From a virus, in the IMG/VR virus record IMGVR_UViG_3300028394_000038: a DNA stretch of 64,000 bases. One strand, written 5' to 3'. Below the pieces are notes generated by a model. That model saw nothing but the letters and a program-made list of their open reading frames with translations, was not told where the DNA came from and ran no database searches. Below, piece by piece: positions 1 through 7,990 of the stretch. Position numbers and translations under genes: made by a program. Numbering within the stretch: position 1 is the first letter of the stretch; every line of letters starts with the position of its first letter.

Positions 1-350
1 CTGAAGGTCCAGACTTTTACGAGTTTCATTTGTTGTTTGAAACAATCTATGACGAAGTTTACGGAAGTATTGATGCATTTGCAGAAAATATTCGTAAAAG
101 CGGTGCATACACTCCTGCTAGCTTATCTAGATTTAGTATGTTAACCACAGTGGAAGATGAGAATCAAGTTATTGATCCACGATCAATGACTGCTGAACTG
201 TTAGCTGACAGTGATAAACTAGCACAGTTAATGGCAATGGTTTATAAAATGGCTGATGCCGCAGGCGAGTTTGGTCTATCTAACTTCTTAGCTGATCGTC
301 AAGATGCACACCGCAAGCACAGCTGGTTCCTACGTTCTACATTAAAATGA
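1..350 (+). CDS. dps: Dps/ferritin-like DNA-protection protein (5'-truncated)
   Basis: Frame is open from the window edge: EGPDFYEFHLLFETIYDE...IDAFAENIR...HRKHSWFLRS, matching the Dps ferroxidase signature (GPxF..lH.lFe..Y.e.....D..AE.iR) and the C-terminal W-x-L. Confidence 0.9.
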   Translation, partial: EGPDFYEFHLLFETIYDEVYGSIDAFAENIRKSGAYTPASLSRFSMLTTVEDENQVIDPRSMTAELLADSDKLAQLMAMVYKMADAAGEFGLSNFLADRQDAHRKHSWFLRSTLK

Positions 351-424
351 GAGAAAATGAATATCCAGTCTATCCAGAAGATGATGGCACCGACCGTCCT
401 CGCAACCCTTACAGCCCTGTATAA
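347..424 (+). CDS. 25-aa micro-ORF (MRENEYPVYPEDDGTDRPRNPYSPV)
   Basis: ATGA overlap with the dps stop; below the ORF-track cutoff; translated by hand. Confidence 0.35.
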   Translation: MRENEYPVYPEDDGTDRPRNPYSPV

Positions 425-503
425 TGGCCTAGCATTGTTTGGGTGCGGCCTAGCTGGTATTCCTTTGACTATTGGAGATTTACAAGATTATGAGAGCAAG
501 TGA
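381..503 (+). CDS. 40-aa hydrophobic micro-ORF (MMAPTVLATLTALYNGLALFGCGLAGIPLTIGDLQDYESK)
   Basis: Fills the gap between dps and the next gene; one hydrophobic stretch; overlaps 347..424 in another frame. Confidence 0.35.
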   Translation: MMAPTVLATLTALYNGLALFGCGLAGIPLTIGDLQDYESK

Positions 504-1212
504 ATTTATAATCGAATCATGGAGTCAGAAATACAAAAAGAGTATTAACTGCTCGCATCCTAAAGGCTTTAGTCAACGTGCTCACTGTGCCGGCAGAAAG
601 AAACACAACGAAAGTGTTGAAATGGAAATGGTCTGCCCTGATTGCAACATGTGTGAATCCCATGGCAATCTTAGTGAAATTAAAAAAGGTGCCAAAGACA
701 GCAACGGCTTTACTAAATGTTGGTCCGGATATCATGCCGCAGGTACAAAGAAAGGTAAGAACGGTTCAGTACGTAACTGTGTAAAGAACGAAAGCACAGA
801 GCTAGAAGAAGAGTTTGATCTTATTGAATCGATTATATCCAACCTAGCTTTACGTAATGGTGTTAACGAAGATGCTGTCTGGGAAGATTTAGAAACACTC
901 ACAGACGATGAGCTATATGTGTTTGCTGTTACACAACCAGTTAATGAAGATTGGCAGAAAGTTAACAAACACGATAAGACTTCGGGCATGAGTCAAAAGG
1001 CTGTCAATGCCTATCGTAGAGAAAATCCAGGTAGCAAACTAAAAACTGCCGTAACGACTAAACCTAGTAAACTAAAAAGAGGTAGCAAAAGTGCCAAGCG
1101 TCGATCAAGTTATTGTTCTAGATCCGCTGGACAAAAACGTATGCATCATATAGATTGTTCAAAGACTCCAGATAAGGCAATCTGTGCGGCACGTCGTCGT
1201 TGGAACTGTTAA
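490..1212 (+). CDS. Modular basic/Cys-rich protein, probable head-packaged polyprotein
   Basis: Start moved to ATG 490 (MRASEFIIE). Contains several short Cys/His/Lys-rich modules separated by xxE sites. Confidence 0.7.
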   Translation: MRASEFIIESWSQKYKKSINCSHPKGFSQRAHCAGRKKHNESVEMEMVCPDCNMCESHGNLSEIKKGAKDSNGFTKCWSGYHAAGTKKGKNGSVRNCVKNESTELEEEFDLIESIISNLALRNGVNEDAVWEDLETLTDDELYVFAVTQPVNEDWQKVNKHDKTSGMSQKAVNAYRRENPGSKLKTAVTTKPSKLKRGSKSAKRRSSYCSRSAGQKRMHHIDCSKTPDKAICAARRRWNC

Positions 1213-1973
1213 TGCGAGCAAAAGAGTTCCAGCCAAAAAAACTAGTTATCTTTGATATAGATGACACGCTGGTTCATACACAAACTAAAGTCCACGTGGT
1301 CAAAGACGGACAGGTAACTAAAGAACTTAACAGTCATGAGTTTACACACTATAAACTACAACCGGGAGAACAGTTTGATTTTGAGAACTTTCGTAACGCA
1401 CATGACTTTTTCCACAAAAGTAAACCGATCATTCCAATGATGAATCAACTCAAGCAAGACATCGCTACTGGTAACAAAGTAGTAATGGTAACTGCTCGTG
1501 CTGACTTTGATGATAAAGAGCTATTCTTAGATACATTCCGCAAGTATGGTGTAGACATGGCAAAAGTTCATGTTTATCGTGCAGGCAATATGACTGGCAA
1601 GATTCAAACAGAAGAAAAGAAAAAAATTATTATACGTAACTTGTTAGACAAGGACATTTATACTAAAGCCATAATGTATGATGATGCTGTTCCTAACTTA
1701 GAATCATTTGTAGAACTTAAGAAAGAATATCCAAAGACCAAGTTCTATGCCTGGCATGTTAGCTTAGAGGGCAAAGCAAGCGAATATCAACGTACCGATG
1801 AAAATTTTGCTGATGGAAAGCACCCAGAAGATAAAGGTGATGCTAAACGTCACGGCATTAACACTAAAGCATCAGTAAGCAGTTTACGTAAAACTGCTAA
1901 ACAAGGTGGCCGTAAAGGTCAACTAGCACACTGGTTAGCAAATATGAAAGCAGGGCGAGCAAAGAAACATTAA
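1212..1973 (+). CDS. HAD-superfamily phosphatase with basic C-terminal module
   Basis: HAD motif I LVIFDIDDTL, motif II VTAR, motif IV MYDD. ATG 1212 overlaps the upstream TAA. Starts MRAKEF. Confidence 0.8.
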   Translation: MRAKEFQPKKLVIFDIDDTLVHTQTKVHVVKDGQVTKELNSHEFTHYKLQPGEQFDFENFRNAHDFFHKSKPIIPMMNQLKQDIATGNKVVMVTARADFDDKELFLDTFRKYGVDMAKVHVYRAGNMTGKIQTEEKKKIIIRNLLDKDIYTKAIMYDDAVPNLESFVELKKEYPKTKFYAWHVSLEGKASEYQRTDENFADGKHPEDKGDAKRHGINTKASVSSLRKTAKQGGRKGQLAHWLANMKAGRAKKH

Positions 1974-1975
1974 AG

Positions 1976-2083
1976 AACACACTACCTTAGGACCAGTACT
2001 CGTTACTGACTCAAGTGTGCGCCGGCTGCTGGCGCAGGACGGCCCGATTCGCTACCGGGAATCCTGAAAGTGAGCATTTTTTT
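1976..2083 (+). ncRNA. Candidate structured non-coding RNA (multi-stem, possible pseudoknot)
   Basis: GC-rich island in AT-rich DNA. Stems CACACT/AGTGTG, CAGTA/TACTG, GCGCC/GGCGC, CAGGA/TCCTG and CCCG/CGGG, followed by T7. Family not recognised. Confidence 0.55.
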
Positions 2084-2098
2084 ACGGCTAAATATTAG

Positions 2099-2797
2099 AT
2101 GATTATATTATATACGCTAATAGTAACACATATCACAATTGTCTGCGTTACCCTGTTCCTACATAGAGGGCAAGCGCATAAGGGATTTGTTTTTAATCCT
2201 GTACTAGAACACTTTATGCGCTTCTGGTTATGGCTAACAACCGGAATGGTTACTAAGCAGTGGGTAGCTATACATCGAAAACATCACAGATTTAGTGACG
2301 AACCCGGTGATCCTCATAGTCCGCATGTATATGGTATATGGCATGTATTATTTAAAGGTGCAGGATTGTATCATTCTGCAAGTAAAGACGCTGAAATGAT
2401 CCAACAATACGGTGTAGGCACACCCGATGATTGGATTGAACGCAACGTGTACACCCAACACAGTCGCCTGGGCATTCTCCTAATGTTAGTTATAAACTTA
2501 TTGTTATTTGGGCCGTTAGGCCTTATAGTGTGGGGTGTACAAATGATATGGATACCATTCTGGGCCGCTGGTGTTATCAATGGAGTCGGACATTGGGTTG
2601 GGTATCGTAACGGCGAAACAAAGGATCAAAGCCGCAATATTAGCCCTTGGGGTATTATTATCGGCGGTGAAGAGCTACATAATAATCATCACCTTAATCC
2701 AGCTAATCCTAAACTAAGCAGAAGTTGGTTTGAGTTTGACATGGGTTGGATGTGGTTTACCATATTTAAAACGCTTAGACTAGCTAAACTTAGATAA
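2099..2797 (+). CDS. Membrane fatty-acid (acyl-CoA delta-9 type) desaturase
   Basis: Three His boxes (HRGQAH, HRKHH, HNNHH), DPHSP, hydrophobic segments, C-terminal WFEFDMGW. Confidence 0.92.
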   Translation: MIILYTLIVTHITIVCVTLFLHRGQAHKGFVFNPVLEHFMRFWLWLTTGMVTKQWVAIHRKHHRFSDEPGDPHSPHVYGIWHVLFKGAGLYHSASKDAEMIQQYGVGTPDDWIERNVYTQHSRLGILLMLVINLLLFGPLGLIVWGVQMIWIPFWAAGVINGVGHWVGYRNGETKDQSRNISPWGIIIGGEELHNNHHLNPANPKLSRSWFEFDMGWMWFTIFKTLRLAKLR

Positions 2798-2800
2798 ATA
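2794..2800 (+). promoter_or_regulatory. Putative late promoter ATAAATA
   Basis: Resembles the T4 late promoter TATAAATA; lies 5 nt before ATG 2806; the same motif recurs before structural genes. Confidence 0.65.
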
Positions 2801-2805
2801 TTACT

Positions 2806-3189
2806 ATGAGAGCAAAAGAATTTATTATTGAACAAGGCCACGGTGGGACAAAGAAGATTGATCCTACACATAAAGCCGCGATAAGAAATGTTATGACATT
2901 TCCTAGTATGAATCAAAGTACAGGAAGTGCCTACTTAGGTTGGCGCATGGGTATTGCTCTTGCAGGCGCACCTGATTATCCTACCAAGATGGAAGCAGAT
3001 AACTGGATTGGTGGTGATCCTTTACTATCACCGTATACTAAAGAAGAAATGGATATGGTCAAAGCTGCCGCTAAGGCTGTAGGCGGAGGTGTTCCAGAAA
3101 ACTGGACTGGTAAACGTAGTGAAGAACTTCCTGGTACACATAAAACAAGTCCAGTAGCTAAACCAAAAAGAAACAAATACGGCGTATGA
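2806..3189 (+). CDS. Hypothetical protein with putative capsid-targeting leader
   Basis: Starts MRAKEFIIE; basic C-terminus; directly after the late motif. Confidence 0.7.
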   Translation: MRAKEFIIEQGHGGTKKIDPTHKAAIRNVMTFPSMNQSTGSAYLGWRMGIALAGAPDYPTKMEADNWIGGDPLLSPYTKEEMDMVKAAAKAVGGGVPENWTGKRSEELPGTHKTSPVAKPKRNKYGV

Positions 3190-3500
3190 AAATAAACGAA
3201 CTATTAACAGAAGCACCTATTGACTTTGATCCTAGTGAGCCAATGAATCCCTTAGTACATAGTCATCAAGGCGCTAATCCAGGCAAGCTACAATATCGTA
3301 TGCTACGTGCGGCAGGTCAGTTAAAGGATCTTGCTAAAAGAGCAGAACACGCTAGTCCATTAGAATGGGAAACGATTTCTAAAAACTTTTCAGAACTAGC
3401 AATGAACGTTGAACAGATTAGACATGGTCTAGAAGAACTGGCCGCGCAACGTAAAAAAGGTGGCGTCCGTTCAAGAGGCATTGATCCAAACATTGGATAA
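3186..3500 (+). CDS. Hypothetical protein with putative capsid-targeting leader
   Basis: Starts MKINELLTE; ATGA-coupled to the upstream gene. Confidence 0.7.
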   Translation: MKINELLTEAPIDFDPSEPMNPLVHSHQGANPGKLQYRMLRAAGQLKDLAKRAEHASPLEWETISKNFSELAMNVEQIRHGLEELAAQRKKGGVRSRGIDPNIG

Positions 3501-3507
3501 AATATAG

Positions 3508-3536
3508 TTGACACTGTCAACGCAAGGCTATATAAT
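3508..3536 (+). promoter_or_regulatory. sigma70-type early promoter
   Basis: TTGACA-N17-TATAAT, perfect consensus, upstream of AAGGAG and ATG 3559. Confidence 0.9.
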
Positions 3537-3558
3537 AAGGCATTACTAAGGAGAAGTT

Positions 3559-3819
3559 ATGGGCGCACGTACCTATGGACCAGAAGAAAAGGCCAAGCTA
3601 GAAAGACTTATCAACGAAGGCGTTCAAATCAAATATGAAATGGAAAGCCTGTCAGAAGGACTCAAAGAAACTGTTAAAGCAGTTGCCGAAGAGTTAGAAA
3701 TCAAACCCGCACTAATTAATAAAGCTATTTCCATTGCACATAAAGGTAACTGGAATGACGTATTCAGCGACTTTGACGATCTTGAAACTTTGATCGTAAC
3801 TGTAGGCAAGGATAAATGA
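3559..3819 (+). CDS. Small dsDNA-binding protein, T4 DsbA/GapR-like
   Basis: 86-aa helical protein with pattern E.LKE.VK..AEEL.IKP..INK; strong SD. Confidence 0.55.
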   Translation: MGARTYGPEEKAKLERLINEGVQIKYEMESLSEGLKETVKAVAEELEIKPALINKAISIAHKGNWNDVFSDFDDLETLIVTVGKDK

Positions 3820-4109
3820 TTGCTACAATATTTGCTCCAACTCTACAATGGATTAGAGATGATTGGTCTAGTCATCCTCTACGTTTTTGCGTTGAGTTGC
3901 TCGCTTGGGCTATTAGTATTGGTTGCAGTATTACTATGGCGCTCACAGTCCCTACTCCACCGCTTATTATTCTTTATCCTATTTGGATCACTGGCTGTGC
4001 CATGTATGCTTGGGCTAGTTGGACTAGGAAATCTTTTGGTATGTTGGCTAACTATATACTGTTGACCACTATTGATAGTATAGGCTTGATTAGGATGCTA
4101 AGTAATTAA
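3816..4109 (+). CDS. Small membrane protein
   Basis: About 3 hydrophobic segments; ATGA coupling. Confidence 0.7.
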   Translation: MIATIFAPTLQWIRDDWSSHPLRFCVELLAWAISIGCSITMALTVPTPPLIILYPIWITGCAMYAWASWTRKSFGMLANYILLTTIDSIGLIRMLSN

Positions 4110-4120
4110 GAGAAAGGTTT

Positions 4121-4167
4121 AGTCAGCCATAAATGACTGCATTGGTATTTGTCAGCCCTAAATGACA
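4121..4167 (+). promoter_or_regulatory. Tandem hairpin pair in the polymerase leader (putative translational operator)
   Basis: AGTCA-GCCATAAA-TGACT and TGTCA-GCCCTAAA-TGACA; the second abuts the TAAGGAG SD. Confidence 0.6.
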
Positions 4168-4178
4168 TAAGGAGAAAT

Positions 4179-6848
4179 ATGAGTTATGTAGATGCTCTCT
4201 TTGACAGAGAGAACGACACTATTAAAGTCGTCGAAAGAAACAATAAAGGCGAACGGGTCTATAAAGAGCACCCTGTACGCTACACATTTTACTACCCGGA
4301 TCAACGAGGCAAGTTTACTAGCATTTATGGTGATCCACTTACTAAGGTAGTATGCAAGAACACTAAAGACTTCCGGAAAGAAGTTTCTATTGCTTCAAAT
4401 AAAGAATTGTACGAAAGTGATATTAATCCAATCTTTGTACACTTATCTGAAAATTATCTAAATCAAGATGCGCCTAAATTAAATATCTGCTTCTTCGACA
4501 TTGAGGTAGACTTTGATCCAGAACGTGGCTACAGCACTCCAGAAGATGCGTTCATGCCAATCACTGCGATTACTGTTTACCTAAAATGGATGAAGAAGTT
4601 AATTACACTAGCAATGCCTCCTAAAGGCATGAAGATGGAAGATGCTGTTAAACTAGTGTCTGATATTCCGGATACACATTTGTTTGACAATGAAGGTGAT
4701 ATGTTAGAAACATTCTTGGACTTAATCCAAGACGCTGACATTATCAGTGGTTGGAACAGCGAAGGCTATGACGTTCCGTATACTGTTAATCGTGTTACTC
4801 GTGTATTAAGCAAAGAAGATACCAAACGCTTCTGTCTATGGGGACAGTTACCCAAGAAACGTGAATATGAAAAATATGGGAAGCAGGCTGTTACATATGA
4901 CTTTCACGGTCGTGTACATTTAGATAGTCTTGAACTATATCGCAAATATACATATGAAGAACGCCATACATATCGATTAGATGCTATTGGTGAAATGGAA
5001 GTAGGAGAAAACAAAACTGTCTACGAAGGTACCCTTGATCAGTTGTACAACAATGACTTTCACAAATTTATTATCTATAACAGACAAGATACACTACTGT
5101 TAAACAAACTAGATGATAAACTAAAATTTATTGATCTTGCCAACACACTAGCACACGAGTGTACTGTATTGCTACAGACCACAATGGGTGCTGTTGCTGT
5201 TACTGAACAGGCTATTATTAATGAATGTCATCGTAGAGGATTCCAAGTTCCTAATAGACAAAAGCGTGACGAAGATGCTGACAACAGCGCCGCAGGTGCG
5301 TATGTTGCTTATCCCAAAGAAGGTATTCACGAATGGATTGGTTCTTTAGATATTAACAGTCTTTATCCGTCAGCCATTCGTGCGCTTAACATGGGTCCAG
5401 AGACTATTGTTGGACAGTTACGTCAAACTGAAACTGATAACTTTATCCACGAACAAATGACACTTAAGAAAAAGTCATTTGCCGCAAGTTGGGAAGGTAT
5501 GTTTGGATCATTAGAATATCAATATGTTATGGAACAACGTATTGATAAAACTATTACCATTGATTGGGAAGATGGTAATAACACCGAACACTCTGCCGCC
5601 GAAGTCTACAAGTTAATCTTTGACAGTAATCAACCATGGATGATTAGTGCTAACGGCACTATCTTTACCTATGAAAAAGAAGGTATTATTCCGGGACTGT
5701 TAAAGCGTTGGTATGCTGAACGTAAAGAAATGCAGGCCAAACTTAAAGATTGTATCAAAGCAGAAAACAAAGTCGAAGAAGAATATTGGGATAAAAGACA
5801 GTTAGTTAAGAAGATTAACCTAAATAGTCTGTACGGTGCTATCCTTAACGCTGGTTGTAGATTCTTTGACAAGCGTATTGGACAGTCAACTACCCTAACA
5901 GGACGACAAATTGTTAAACATATGGCTGGTAAGGTGAACGAGATTATTACAGGCGATTTTGATTATCGTGGTAAAGCTATTATCTACGGTGATACTGACT
6001 CCTGTTATTTCTCTGGATATACAACGCTAAAGAAAGACATTGACTCCGGTGCTATCCCTTGGACTAAAGAAAACGTTATTGCATTGTATGACCAAGTCGG
6101 CAACGAAGTTAATAAAACATTCCCCAGCTTTATGGAAGATGCGTTTCATTGTCCGCATAGTCGCGGAGAAGTTATTAAAGCCGGTCGAGAAATTGTTGCT
6201 ATTAAAGGCTTATTCATTACTAAGAAGCGTTATGCTGTTCTTTACTTTGATAAAGAAGGCAAGCGTACAGATATAGATGGCAAGCCTGGTAAGATTAAGG
6301 CTATGGGTTTAGATTTAAAACGCAGTGATACCCCTGAATTTATTCAGAATTTCTTGAGTGATATTTTAGAACGTGTGTTAACTGCTGGCTCAGAGGATGA
6401 AGTTTTAGAACACATTACCCGATTCCGCAGTGAGTTTAAAGCTAGGCCAGGATGGGAGAAGGGCAGTCCTAAACGTGCTAACAACATTACGGACTATCAG
6501 GCTAAAGAAGCAAAAGCAGGTAAAGCCAATATGCCCGGACATGTTCGAGCAAGTATCAATTGGAATACACTACGCCGTATGAATGGAGACAAGTATTCTA
6601 TGCAGATTACAGACGGACAAAAAGTCATTGTTTGTAAACTAAAGCCAAATCCAATTGGCTTCACTTCGGTTGCATATCCAGTAGACGAATTACGTTTGCC
6701 TAAATGGTTTATGGAATTACCGTTTGACGACGCAGAAATGGAACAGACTATTATTGACAACAAACTAGAAAACTTAATTGGAGTTTTAGGTTGGGACATT
6801 AAGAGTACGGAAGAAAAAAACACTTTTAATCAACTCTTTGAGTTTTAA
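4179..6848 (+). CDS. polB: DNA polymerase family B (T4 gp43-like)
   Basis: Exo motifs FDIE, GWNSEGYD, YNRQD; pol motifs DINSLYPS, KINLNSLYG, YGDTDS, KKRYA. Start moved to ATG 4179 after the SD. Confidence 0.97.
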   Translation: MSYVDALFDRENDTIKVVERNNKGERVYKEHPVRYTFYYPDQRGKFTSIYGDPLTKVVCKNTKDFRKEVSIASNKELYESDINPIFVHLSENYLNQDAPKLNICFFDIEVDFDPERGYSTPEDAFMPITAITVYLKWMKKLITLAMPPKGMKMEDAVKLVSDIPDTHLFDNEGDMLETFLDLIQDADIISGWNSEGYDVPYTVNRVTRVLSKEDTKRFCLWGQLPKKREYEKYGKQAVTYDFHGRVHLDSLELYRKYTYEERHTYRLDAIGEMEVGENKTVYEGTLDQLYNNDFHKFIIYNRQDTLLLNKLDDKLKFIDLANTLAHECTVLLQTTMGAVAVTEQAIINECHRRGFQVPNRQKRDEDADNSAAGAYVAYPKEGIHEWIGSLDINSLYPSAIRALNMGPETIVGQLRQTETDNFIHEQMTLKKKSFAASWEGMFGSLEYQYVMEQRIDKTITIDWEDGNNTEHSAAEVYKLIFDSNQPWMISANGTIFTYEKEGIIPGLLKRWYAERKEMQAKLKDCIKAENKVEEEYWDKRQLVKKINLNSLYGAILNAGCRFFDKRIGQSTTLTGRQIVKHMAGKVNEIITGDFDYRGKAIIYGDTDSCYFSGYTTLKKDIDSGAIPWTKENVIALYDQVGNEVNKTFPSFMEDAFHCPHSRGEVIKAGREIVAIKGLFITKKRYAVLYFDKEGKRTDIDGKPGKIKAMGLDLKRSDTPEFIQNFLSDILERVLTAGSEDEVLEHITRFRSEFKARPGWEKGSPKRANNITDYQAKEAKAGKANMPGHVRASINWNTLRRMNGDKYSMQITDGQKVIVCKLKPNPIGFTSVAYPVDELRLPKWFMELPFDDAEMEQTIIDNKLENLIGVLGWDIKSTEEKNTFNQLFEF

Positions 6849-6852
6849 AAGG

Positions 6853-6881
6853 TTGACAATACATATTAATCAATATACAAT
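6853..6881 (+). promoter_or_regulatory. sigma70-type promoter
   Basis: TTGACA-N17-TACAAT, followed by AAGGAG and ATG 6900. Confidence 0.8.
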
Positions 6882-6899
6882 ACAACTAAGGAGAATTTT

Positions 6900-7634
6900 A
6901 TGATTAAGGACATTTTAACAGACATCGTAGCACATACACACAGCTTGGGTTTTTTACCTTTGGTAAAAATTACAGGTGACAAGGCTACCACAACAATTGA
7001 GTCAATGGCTGAGGATCGTTCAGTTATTGTAACTGCTAGTGCTCATAAGGCAGTTGACGAATTTGAAGGCACATTTGGTATGCCAAACTTAGACAAGTTG
7101 AATCTTCACTTGAAGAACCCAGAGTATAAAGAAAATGCAAAAATTGATGTTTCTACCGCAGAACGCAACGGTGCTACTATTCCTGTTGGTTTGCATTTTG
7201 AAAATCAAACAGGCGACTTCCAGAACGACTATCGCTTTATGAATGCAGATATCATTAACGAAAAGTTAAAGACTGTCAAGTTTAAAGGTGCAAGCTGGGA
7301 CGTAAGTTTTGAGCCAACTGTTACTGCTATTCAGCGTTTGAAATTGCAAGCGGCTGTACACACTGACGAAACTGTTTTCCAAGTGCGTACAGACAATGGT
7401 AACTTGGTATTCTTCTTCGGCGATGCAAGTACACATGCAGGTTCGTTTGTGTTCCAAGCAAATGTTAGCGGCAAGTTAAAGCATACATGGGCATGGCCTG
7501 TACAACAAGTTATTAGCATCCTAAATCTTTCTGGCAATATTACTATGAAAATTAGTGATGCAGGTGCTATGCAGATCACTGTTGATTCTGGTGTTACAGA
7601 ATATAACTACATCCTTCCAGCGCAGAGCAAGTAA
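6900..7634 (+). CDS. Probable sliding clamp (gp45-like processivity factor)
   Basis: 244 aa, two-domain alpha/beta pattern, ends in a Y.Y.LPA strand typical of clamps, adjacent to polB. Confidence 0.65.
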   Translation: MIKDILTDIVAHTHSLGFLPLVKITGDKATTTIESMAEDRSVIVTASAHKAVDEFEGTFGMPNLDKLNLHLKNPEYKENAKIDVSTAERNGATIPVGLHFENQTGDFQNDYRFMNADIINEKLKTVKFKGASWDVSFEPTVTAIQRLKLQAAVHTDETVFQVRTDNGNLVFFFGDASTHAGSFVFQANVSGKLKHTWAWPVQQVISILNLSGNITMKISDAGAMQITVDSGVTEYNYILPAQSK

Positions 7635-7636
7635 TT

Positions 7637-7990
7637 ATGAATAGCGTACAGATAATATCAGCATGTTTAGCGTTCTTGGTACTGTGTGGTGCTGTATATC
7701 GGCACATAGGATTTGACAAGATGAAAGAATGTTACGGCATGTGGTTGAAAAAAGAATACTGGACTGATTATAATACTGTAGAGTTTGCCAGTTGGGCGGC
7801 CAAGGCCTGTATCATTATTCCCGGCCTAATCTTTGGTATTAGCATTTGGTGGTTATATTTCTTCACATTAGCAACAAGCCTAACACTTATATGGGCCAGT
7901 GAAAAGAAACTGTTACCCACACTAGTAGGATTTAACACCATATGGGCTTGGATCAGCTGTATGGTATTGGCGCAACATTTACTTAAATGA
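7637..7990 (+). CDS. Membrane protein
   Basis: About 4 hydrophobic helices; ATGA-coupled to the TGT-like gene. Confidence 0.7.
   Translation: MNSVQIISACLAFLVLCGAVYRHIGFDKMKECYGMWLKKEYWTDYNTVEFASWAAKACIIIPGLIFGISIWWLYFFTLATSLTLIWASEKKLLPTLVGFNTIWAWISCMVLAQHLLK

Noticed and set aside
1976-2083. tRNA or plain terminator interpretation of the structured intergenic region
   Set aside because: No cloverleaf, TTC-arm geometry or CCA end. The T-run is about 10 nt from the last stem, and there are several stems.
4121-4167. Two 16-nt near-identical palindromic repeats as a mini-CRISPR array
   Set aside because: Only two units, the spacer is about 13 nt, and no cas genes are visible; an RNA operator explains them better.
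4179-6848. Intein or intron in polB (also checked thyA and rnh)
   Set aside because: Lengths and motif spacing are normal; no splice-junction or homing-endonuclease motifs were seen.
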